Position numbers and translations under genes: made by a program
DNA from: a virus
Lineage: Duplodnaviria; Caudoviricetes
DNA length: 64,000 nt
IMG/VR virus record: IMGVR_UViG_3300017780_002943
Span: 3,415 to 67,414 of that record
Strand: one strand, 5' to 3'
Shown here: in pieces, positions 20,401-27,148 of the stretch
How positions within the stretch are numbered: the first letter of the stretch is position 1
Layout: each line of letters opens with the position of its first letter
Notes under the pieces: generated by a model
Told to the model about the DNA's origin: nothing
The model's input: only the letters and a program-made list of their open reading frames with translations
The model's database searches: none

Positions 20401-20818
20401 GGAATCTATCATAGAGTGGTTGTATAGTCTACATAAGAACAAGGCCAATTTTATCAAGTTTTATGATGAGCTATGGAGCCTGTGTGGTACTAAGCCTAAA
20501 GAAATTACAGCTAAAGACCTTTATGAAAAATGGGATAACCTGAAGGATGAAACAGTATTTGGTGCGGTATTCTATCCATTAACTACAGTTGTTTCAAAAT
20601 ACCTAAATGAAAACTATGCTGAAGAGTTAACCACATTAGTTAATAAGTCTCAAGACCTGGCTCAGCTTTATTTGATATTTGATATTAAGAACGAAAGCAT
20701 GTCCTTTATAAGTAAATCCTTTTCAGTAGCTCACTTTAAATTTGAGCCAAAGGGTTCTATCAATTACCCATTCAACGCTTCAATCGGTATAACAAGCGGT
20801 TCTGTATCTAAAAAATGA
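17465..20818 (+). CDS. Multidomain protein: degenerate ligase fold + HIGH-family nucleotidyltransferase + internal CTS + PD-(D/E)xK-like nuclease
   Basis: SEQMDG and EGIVFK; GRFQPFTEGH...ISATKVR; LLTFNDFINE at aa 609-618; SFP-SN-LVD-ISSK. Confidence 0.6.
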   Translation: MALTNLKQIFKDRGRSFIENLFTKYVIVSEQMDGSRFTIMRTQNGSLEYCKKDGSTINFIDRTMMVFYEKAIEHFEGLGMETVVKMPDNWVFGFQYFPSVAPVNIVYDRLPKNNLILTDIQITNGQGRVLKTISDPRVLGDWAKTLDVENPPIIHNGYLTSLQKEKIMDYLSTPESNLLSMFNSLSFTRYIISILNPDLRTSALMNDIDKPIEGIVFKFITPGESEVYSARLIDPIMHQHSMNVTKPVDRKANDMYQIAMLDIIEFMELVNLNDIQLNSESPDERYIELICILFNDYIQKNGHKYIGVDFETPDFAKKPEFEINLATIPNERTREILKNSRLNDLFKIVISSFRKYRKNTTAILTKQIVDTLNSIIENIQKKVELMPEENQILDFNNYLKRSQIENVASIFESIVTEALNLNTTEKGKTKVNILAGRFQPFTEGHMKVVEQLYKANGLPTFILIVRGSKSDPTKNPFDEDTQLAMIGSIQGQNKMIEGAAVIGTAGIDTIFNALRPAYEPVLWGAGTDRLKAYKYQIDKYKEELNALPELDAFEIKRGDEDISATKVREALKIDDEKTFKQMTPRGMHKMYDELKTIMQSIKENNSFSLLTFNDFINESLITESEKDGTVWDIAYDNWASSAKVTPSRVVAGTKGRGKPSKGEGEVLRAAFGGTSVAESNMTSYLNSIGAPTGTFMFDSVLPPKQGNSGDYYTYYIKFKKQVTLLNKFSYNRGDSIVLVDATKESKSGETAVIGKKKVTPDELNLTQNSYESSLAYASVIESSINTTKYPDNYKNFLNGLVKSITGDRSNKNQYDNVMDFLEKGTGKSYTYKIPADILEGIDLISISNTANDFGEVLGGLHLFNLVRKYKSGVSFPKASNAELVDFIFDGLHISSKAGSKGGTPAATGLVKAITALVDAGELALGSKEQDLYDNILKKIVDLSIFGFYNEMLMSYLNSSGTAYNYLIKTSGLEPSTLTKESIIEWLYSLHKNKANFIKFYDELWSLCGTKPKEITAKDLYEKWDNLKDETVFGAVFYPLTTVVSKYLNENYAEELTTLVNKSQDLAQLYLIFDIKNESMSFISKSFSVAHFKFEPKGSINYPFNASIGITSGSVSKK

Positions 20819-20848
20819 GATAAATAACAAAATGATAAATAACAAAAT
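20819..20848 (+). repeat. Perfect 15-bp tandem duplication GATAAATAACAAAAT, each copy carrying a GATAAATA late-promoter-like core
   Basis: Two identical copies at 20819-20833 and 20834-20848, followed by further AAATAAC units. Confidence 0.8.
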
Positions 20849-20859
20849 AACAAATAACC

Positions 20860-21072
20860 ATGTTAAAAATCAAAGGTAGCCTAACAAGACATATTGCCAA
20901 TAGAAAAGGAAGTGATGTGTATGATGCAGTATCTGAACTTGAGCAAATATTCATAGATTTAGCAACTGAAGAGGGTGTAATCGATCTAGACGAAATTGTA
21001 TACACAGTTCTTGATATAATTGACTCTGCAGAAGAAGAAGAAAGAGATAAGATCCCTGAACTGGACCGATGA
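20860..21072 (+). CDS. Small acidic hypothetical protein (70 aa)
   Basis: Fills the gap in the + strand gene run; A-rich leader. Confidence 0.55.
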   Translation: MLKIKGSLTRHIANRKGSDVYDAVSELEQIFIDLATEEGVIDLDEIVYTVLDIIDSAEEEERDKIPELDR

Positions 21073-21097
21073 AATAAAAATAAATAAAAATCTACAA

Positions 21098-21787
21098 ATG
21101 AAAAATTTTCAAACATTTAATCAATTCGTAAATGAAAATTTCAACCAAATAGACGAGGGTAAAATAGTTTACAAAAGAAACTATACAGAACAATACCCTG
21201 CAATGGTTGCTAATGAAAGAGCTGCGGTTAGAAATATAGTTCTAGACTCTATCAGAGATGGTGTTATAACCGAAGAAGAGCTTCAAAAGATATTATCTGA
21301 ATCTGGAGCACACGACAGATGGTCTTCTAGAAATAGCCACTTCTTTAAAGTTACCAAAGAAGGTGTTAAACTATCTTCATATGGCTTTAAGATTTGGGAG
21401 CGCATCAAAAACGGTACTGCAGTAAACGAAGGTAGAGCCTTTGTTAGTGCATTGAAAGAAGCAAGAGAGAAAGGTGAAAAGACATTTGAGTTTAATGGTA
21501 AAACTTACAATGTATTGAAAGAGGCTAAATCTAATTCAAGCATTAAACATGAATTTACAACTAACGCAAAGAAAATTGAACAATACTTTAATCAAGGTAT
21601 AGATGGCTATTATTTAGTTAAAGGCGGCGACCACGGTGAAAATGAAGAATACTGGGATCAGTCCGGTGTCGAAAAATGGATTTTATATTCACCTGACTGG
21701 GATAAGAAGATAGAAAACAAGTATGTTGAAGACGGCCTTACTAAAGTTGAGCTAGAAGACGGAGAATTTAACATTGGAAAGTATTAA
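21098..21787 (+). CDS. Putative internal head polyprotein (CTS-like MKNFQTFNQFVNE)
   Basis: ATG at 21098 preferred to the ORF-track start 21020; segments separated by IDE, VNE and LKE sites. Confidence 0.6.
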   Translation: MKNFQTFNQFVNENFNQIDEGKIVYKRNYTEQYPAMVANERAAVRNIVLDSIRDGVITEEELQKILSESGAHDRWSSRNSHFFKVTKEGVKLSSYGFKIWERIKNGTAVNEGRAFVSALKEAREKGEKTFEFNGKTYNVLKEAKSNSSIKHEFTTNAKKIEQYFNQGIDGYYLVKGGDHGENEEYWDQSGVEKWILYSPDWDKKIENKYVEDGLTKVELEDGEFNIGKY

Positions 21788-21800
21788 ATAAATTAGATAA

Positions 21801-22241
21801 ATGCCAGCACAAAGTAAAGCACAGCAGCGTTTAATGGGTCAGGCATATGCCGTAAAGACAGGTAAGAAAGATCAGGATGAAGTAAGTGATAAAGTTGCAA
21901 GTCTTGCTAAAGGCATGACTAAAAAGCAACTTAAAGATTTTGCTTCAACTAAACATAAGGGTCTACCTGAAACTAAAGAAAGCTTTGTGCCAACTTTTGA
22001 AAGCTTCATAAATGAAGATTACGCCAGAGTCCATCCTAATCCTGGCATGAACGTAGGCGGCATGGGTCCTATAGTTATACCTGAAGTCGGCCCATATGGT
22101 ACTACAGGTTCAGGTGACGTACCTGCACCATACTCAAAAAAGGATAAAGAACTCATGAAAAAAGGAAAGAAAAAAGGTGTAATGCCTGTTTCATTTACAC
22201 CTAATAAGTATGATGAGTTCCTTAAACAATCTGACAAATAA
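21801..22241 (+). CDS. DUF3008-like N-domain + internal CTS + copy of the MCP N-arm
   Basis: MPAQSKAQQR...KQLKDFASTKHKGLP resembles DUF3008 (from recall); FVPTFESFINE; VHPNPGMNVGGMGP matches this phage's MCP. Confidence 0.6.
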   Translation: MPAQSKAQQRLMGQAYAVKTGKKDQDEVSDKVASLAKGMTKKQLKDFASTKHKGLPETKESFVPTFESFINEDYARVHPNPGMNVGGMGPIVIPEVGPYGTTGSGDVPAPYSKKDKELMKKGKKKGVMPVSFTPNKYDEFLKQSDK

Positions 22242-22285
22242 TAAAACATAGGCTCTGTCATCAGTATAACTTCATAAATACTAAC

Positions 22286-22729
22286 ATGAAGATATACAAA
22301 ACAAGAGAGGTTAAAACACCTACAAGAGCCCATTCTAACGATGCAGGTTTTGACCTGTATATTCCAGAAGATTTCTTAGCGCAGGTATTGAATCCGGGTC
22401 AATCGGTTCTTATACCTTCGGGCATTAAAGCTAAAGTACCAAAGGGCCATGCTCTTATTGCATTTAATAAGTCAGGTATCGCCGCAAAGAAAAACCTTTT
22501 AGTCGGCGCAAGTGTAATTGATGAATCATATCAAGGTGAAATCCATATAGATCTACACAATGTCGGTAATACAGCCCAGGTTATTTCACCAGGCGACAAA
22601 ATCATTCAACTGCTTTGTATTAAAATGAATTATGTACCTGTACAGGTTACTGAAAGTGAAGATGAGCTCTTTGGAGAAACAGTTTCAGAAAGAGGTGAAG
22701 GCGGCTTTGGTTCAACAGGTACTAAATAA
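22286..22729 (+). CDS. dut: Trimeric dUTPase
   Basis: AGFDL, KSG, VIDESYQGEI, RGEGGFGSTG. Confidence 0.95.
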   Translation: MKIYKTREVKTPTRAHSNDAGFDLYIPEDFLAQVLNPGQSVLIPSGIKAKVPKGHALIAFNKSGIAAKKNLLVGASVIDESYQGEIHIDLHNVGNTAQVISPGDKIIQLLCIKMNYVPVQVTESEDELFGETVSERGEGGFGSTGTK

Positions 22730-22734
22730 TTACT

Positions 22735-24138
22735 ATGCTATTAGATATTGAACAACTTGAAAACCAAGTTACATTTAGTTTTTTCAATGAAAAGGGTGAA
22801 GTCGAATTAAAGACTTATGACACTACTGATTTTCCTAACTGGTATACATGTGAAGAAAATGACAGAAGACGTAGCATCCACAATATAAACTGGGATGGTA
22901 AACCAGTAAGAGCATCCTTTGAAAAGAAAATATCTAAACATGGTCTTATTGAATTTATTGAAAGGTTGCCAACCGAAGACAGTGAAAGAATCTTTGGATA
23001 TAATTTCCCGAAGACTTTCTTTTTCGATATAGAAACCGAAGTAACTGATGGCTTTCCAGAGCCTGAACTAGCAAATAACAAGATTTTAACCATATCTGTA
23101 GTCTCACCTAACCATCAGGTAGTCGTGTTAGGTCTTAAAGACTTTGATCAGAAATCACAAGACAAGGTTAAAGCTGATACTAACAAATACTTTGAGAAGT
23201 TTGGTATCAACTGGGATATTAAGTACATTAAGTTTAATACAGAGTATGATCTAGTCTATACATTCATGCATAAGTTCATGCCTAAGTTTCCAATGCTTAG
23301 TGGATGGAACTGTATTAACTTTGACTGGAAGTACATAGTTAACAGATGTAAGCGCCTGCAAATTGATCCAGCTGAGGCATCGCCAACCTGTGCTTTAACA
23401 AGAGATGGGCTGCCATACCATATAGGTATTGTCGACTATATGGATCTTTATTCCAACTGGGATAGAACAGTATCAGTAAAAGAAAACAACCAGTTGAATA
23501 CTGCGGCAATGCAAACAATTGGTGTTGGTAAAATTAAGTACGATGGTGGTTTACAACAGCTATATGAAGATGACTACCAAAAATATCTTTACTATAATGC
23601 AGTCGATAGTATTCTGGTATATTTGATTGACCAGAAACTTAAAACATTACATGTAGTTCTTACACTTTCTAATATATGTAAGATCAGCTTTTATAAAGCA
23701 GGTTCACCTGTAGCAATTACAGAATCGCTTATTGCAAGAAACCTTCTTGTTGGAGGTAAAGTAATGGCAGTTAAGCCTTACCAAAAGGAAAAGGAAAAGA
23801 ATGAACAATATACCGGAGCCTTTGTGAAGCAACCGGTTGTTGGTAAGCATAGGGCCGTAGCCTGCTTTGACTTTGCATCTCTATACCCATCCATTATGAG
23901 ACAGTTCAATATTTCGCCAGACTCTTTTATTGAAATGGCACCTGCCAGTAAAATTGATAGCTTTGATAAAAAAGACTTTACTGCTACTTCAACTGGTGCT
24001 GTTTATCAAAAAGAGCCATCAATTTTGAAAAAAGTACTTACTGATCTATATGCAAAGAGACGTGAGTACAAAAAGAAAATGCTTGAGTACAAAATTGAAC
24101 TCGAGGAAATTTCAAAAAAACTGAAAGAAAAGGCTTAA
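22735..24138 (+). CDS. Family B DNA polymerase, N-terminal part (3'-5' exonuclease + palm motif A)
   Basis: FFDIET, GWNCINFDW, YNAVD, DFASLYPSIM; ends within the fingers (KRREYKKKM). Confidence 0.9.
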   Translation: MLLDIEQLENQVTFSFFNEKGEVELKTYDTTDFPNWYTCEENDRRRSIHNINWDGKPVRASFEKKISKHGLIEFIERLPTEDSERIFGYNFPKTFFFDIETEVTDGFPEPELANNKILTISVVSPNHQVVVLGLKDFDQKSQDKVKADTNKYFEKFGINWDIKYIKFNTEYDLVYTFMHKFMPKFPMLSGWNCINFDWKYIVNRCKRLQIDPAEASPTCALTRDGLPYHIGIVDYMDLYSNWDRTVSVKENNQLNTAAMQTIGVGKIKYDGGLQQLYEDDYQKYLYYNAVDSILVYLIDQKLKTLHVVLTLSNICKISFYKAGSPVAITESLIARNLLVGGKVMAVKPYQKEKEKNEQYTGAFVKQPVVGKHRAVACFDFASLYPSIMRQFNISPDSFIEMAPASKIDSFDKKDFTATSTGAVYQKEPSILKKVLTDLYAKRREYKKKMLEYKIELEEISKKLKEKA

Positions 24139-24152
24139 TTTTGCTTGAAAAA

Positions 24153-24160
24153 AATATATA
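24153..24160 (+). promoter_or_regulatory. Putative AATATATA promoter motif upstream of nrdJ
   Basis: Intergenic RATATATA. Confidence 0.4.
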
Positions 24161-24196
24161 CTCTACAAAAAATAAATAAAAAAAGACAGAATTTCT

Positions 24197-26053
24197 ATGG
24201 AATTATCTAATCAGATCCTGAGTGACATTACAGTGTACATGAAATACTCTAGGTATCTACCTGAATTTGAAAGAAGGGAAACATGGGATGAGTTGGTTAC
24301 CCGTAATATGGAAATGCATATTAAAAAATATCCAGAACTTGAATCTGAAATTAGAGAAAAGTATCAAGCGGTATATGACAAGAGGGTTCTACCTTCAATG
24401 CGTTCATTACAATTTGGTGGTAAGCCAATTGAAATTAGCCCTAATCGTATTTACAATTGCGCATACCTACCTATCGATGACTGGCGTTCATTTGGTGAAG
24501 TAATGTTTTTATTGCTCGGTGGAACTGGTGTAGGTTTCAGTGTACAGAAACACCACATAGAAGAACTACCTGAAATTAACAAACCAAATCCTAATCGTAA
24601 GAGAAGATTTTTAGTAGCAGACAGTATTGAAGGTTGGGCGGATTCTATCAAAGTTCTTATGAAGTCTTACTTCTTTGGTGGTTCTACTATTGACTTTGAT
24701 TTTAGAGATATTCGACCAAAGGGTGCTAAACTTATCACATCAGGTGGTAAAGCCCCAGGTCCACAACCTCTTAAAGAGTGTTTAATTAAAATCGATGGTA
24801 TCTTATCACAAAAAGAAAACAATGACAGACTTAACACAATTGAGGTACATGATATTATCTGCCATATTGCCGATGCAGTACTTGCAGGTGGTATTCGTAG
24901 AGCAGCTCTTATTAGTTTATTTAGCGCTGACGATGAAGATATGATATCGTGTAAATCAGGTAGCTGGTGGGAATTGAATCCGCAAAGAGGTCGTGCAAAT
25001 AACTCAGCAGTGCTAGTTAGAAATAAGGTTACAAAGGAGTTCTTCCTAGATATCTGGAAAAAGATTGAAGCCTCTGGTTCTGGTGAGCCAGGTATTTATT
25101 TCACTAACGATAAAGACTGGGGTACTAATCCTTGTTGCGAGATAGCATTAAGACCCAATCAGTTCTGTAACTTAACTGAAGTAAACGTATCAGATGTTGA
25201 GTCACAAGAAGATCTAAATGCTAGAGTAACAGCTGCTGCATTTATCGGTACACTTCAAGCTGGTTATACAGACTTCCATTATCTTCGTCCAGTATGGCAA
25301 CGTACTACAGAGAAAGATGCTCTTGTTGGTATTGGTTTAACTGGTATTGGTAGCGGTCAAGCTCAAAAGTTCTCACTTAAAGAAGCAGCAGAGTGTGCTA
25401 AAGAAGAAAATGCAAGAACAGCGGCTATGCTTGGTATCAATAAAGCTGCACGTGTTACTACAATCAAACCAGCAGGTACCAGTTCATTAACATTAGGCTG
25501 CTCATCTGGTATTCATGCATGGCATAATGATTACTACATGCGCCGAATCAGAGTAGGTAAGAATGAAGCAATCTATCAATATCTTGCTATCTACCATCCT
25601 ACGCTAGTTGAAGATGAGTATTTCCGTCCACATGATACAGCTGTCATCTCAATTCCACAGAAATCACCTAAGGGTTCTATTCTAAGGCATGAATCAGCGT
25701 ATGATCTTTTAGAAAGAGTTAAATGGTTCTACAACAACTGGATTAAAACCGGTCATATAACTGGAATGAACACCCATAATATCTCAGCCACTATAAGTAT
25801 TAAGTCAGAAGAATGGGAAGGAGTTGGTGAATGGATGTGGGAAAATAGAACATGTTATAATGGCCTTTCTGTTTTACCTTACGACGGTGGTACTTACATA
25901 CAAGCCCCATTTGAAGACTGCACTGAAGAGAAATATCATGAAATGATGGAATCTCTTACACAAGTTGATCTATCTAGAGTAATTGAAGTAGATGATAATA
26001 CAGATCTTAAAGGTGAAGTAGCCTGTGCAGGTGGTGCCTGTGAGATAAAATAA
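24197..26053 (+). CDS. nrdJ: Class II (adenosylcobalamin-dependent) ribonucleotide reductase
   Basis: PSMRSLQ, YNCAY, GGIRRAA, NPCCEI, TIKPAGT, C-terminal CAGGACEI. Confidence 0.92.
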   Translation: MELSNQILSDITVYMKYSRYLPEFERRETWDELVTRNMEMHIKKYPELESEIREKYQAVYDKRVLPSMRSLQFGGKPIEISPNRIYNCAYLPIDDWRSFGEVMFLLLGGTGVGFSVQKHHIEELPEINKPNPNRKRRFLVADSIEGWADSIKVLMKSYFFGGSTIDFDFRDIRPKGAKLITSGGKAPGPQPLKECLIKIDGILSQKENNDRLNTIEVHDIICHIADAVLAGGIRRAALISLFSADDEDMISCKSGSWWELNPQRGRANNSAVLVRNKVTKEFFLDIWKKIEASGSGEPGIYFTNDKDWGTNPCCEIALRPNQFCNLTEVNVSDVESQEDLNARVTAAAFIGTLQAGYTDFHYLRPVWQRTTEKDALVGIGLTGIGSGQAQKFSLKEAAECAKEENARTAAMLGINKAARVTTIKPAGTSSLTLGCSSGIHAWHNDYYMRRIRVGKNEAIYQYLAIYHPTLVEDEYFRPHDTAVISIPQKSPKGSILRHESAYDLLERVKWFYNNWIKTGHITGMNTHNISATISIKSEEWEGVGEWMWENRTCYNGLSVLPYDGGTYIQAPFEDCTEEKYHEMMESLTQVDLSRVIEVDDNTDLKGEVACAGGACEIK

Positions 26054-26083
26054 TTGAAACATAATTATCAAGCACAATATAAA
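26054..26083 (+). promoter_or_regulatory. Putative TTGAAAC-class promoter
   Basis: TTGAAA-N18-TATAAA, 17 nt before ATG 26101. Confidence 0.6.
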
Positions 26084-26100
26084 TCAAAAATCGAAATAAA

Positions 26101-26283
26101 ATGGAAAAGTTTAACAACATTAAATCATTGCTCGAGTCAGTAGAAAAAGATGCAGAATCTTTTTATGCAAAAGGTAACAAGTCTGCAGGTACACGTCTTC
26201 GTGGCGCAATGCAAACTTTGAAGCAAATGGCTCAAGAGGTTCGCACCGAAGTTCAAGAAATTAAGAACGGCGAACAAGCTTAA
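26101..26283 (+). CDS. Hc1 / histone-H1-like small DNA-binding protein (Bacteroidota type)
   Basis: FYAKGNKSAGTRLRGAMQTLK signature, 60 aa. Confidence 0.8.
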   Translation: MEKFNNIKSLLESVEKDAESFYAKGNKSAGTRLRGAMQTLKQMAQEVRTEVQEIKNGEQA

Positions 26284-26301
26284 TACCTTACTTTACTGGT
26301 T

Positions 26302-26334
26302 AAAAAAGCCTCAGTCTTCTGACTGAGGCTTTTT
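26302..26334 (+). terminator. Intrinsic terminator (A-tract on the 5' side, possibly bidirectional)
   Basis: GCCTCAGTC-TTCT-GACTGAGGC 9-bp stem + T5. Confidence 0.9.
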
Positions 26335-26338
26335 AGGG

Positions 26339-26368
26339 TTGAAACTATTACATACTGTTTAGTATAAC
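26339..26368 (+). promoter_or_regulatory. Putative TTGAAAC-class promoter of the clamp/polB-C genes
   Basis: TTGAAA-N18-TATAAC immediately after the terminator. Confidence 0.6.
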
Positions 26369-26383
26369 AATAAAGCATTTTTC

Positions 26384-27148
26384 ATGGAAATAAAACTTAC
26401 AAGAGTTGATGTTGAAGCACTGTCTTCATTCATCTCGAAACTAACATCTATCGACAAATTCGTCTATCTAAAAATCAACGGCGAAAGTCTAATATCAAGT
26501 GTATATCTACCGGAAAGGGACGCAGTTAAAGTCCAAGAGGTTCCAGTTGATGAAATCTTTAGCTTTGAAAAGCAACCTGATAAAAACTTGAAAATCTCAT
26601 TTTTCAATGGTTCTAAAATAAATGAAGCACTTAGAAACTTCAGTGATACTGATGCTTCTGAATTAACAGGAGTTGTTGAATGCGCTGAAATGGAAGGTGA
26701 GTTGATTGCAACTAAAATTAAAATATCTAGCACAGACCTTACACTTTCACTTGCTTGCAGTGACCCATCGTTAGGTTTTATTGACCTAACTAGCGAGCAG
26801 GTTAAAGTTATCTTTAGCAAAAAGGATCTTATGTTTGATTTTGATCTAGAACCTTTCATGCAAACTAAGATCAGTTCACTTTTCAACTTAGATAAAGACT
26901 CTGATACATTCAAAATCCAGTATACACACGATTCTGTTCGAGTGAAAGGCGATTCATTTGATGCTAAAATTACACAAACAGATGCGACTGCAGGCGATGT
27001 AAACGGAGCGGAAGTTATGCTTTATAAAAAGTACTTCAATCTACTGGATAAAGAAAGCTATGTAGTGTCAGTGTGTCTTAATAAACTAATCTTTAAATCA
27101 AAAGATAGCAATACACTATTAACAGTATCAGTTTGTTCAAATGACTAA
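26384..27148 (+). CDS. Putative DNA sliding clamp (gp45/PCNA-like)
   Basis: 254 aa alpha/beta protein of clamp size, overlapping the start of the polymerase C-part. Confidence 0.55.
   Translation: MEIKLTRVDVEALSSFISKLTSIDKFVYLKINGESLISSVYLPERDAVKVQEVPVDEIFSFEKQPDKNLKISFFNGSKINEALRNFSDTDASELTGVVECAEMEGELIATKIKISSTDLTLSLACSDPSLGFIDLTSEQVKVIFSKKDLMFDFDLEPFMQTKISSLFNLDKDSDTFKIQYTHDSVRVKGDSFDAKITQTDATAGDVNGAEVMLYKKYFNLLDKESYVVSVCLNKLIFKSKDSNTLLTVSVCSND

Noticed and set aside
20808-21116. Minus-strand 102-aa ORF as the real gene in this gap
   Set aside because: Overlaps three + strand ORFs and would interrupt a co-directional late unit; the + strand 70-aa ORF has a promoter-like motif and an A-rich leader
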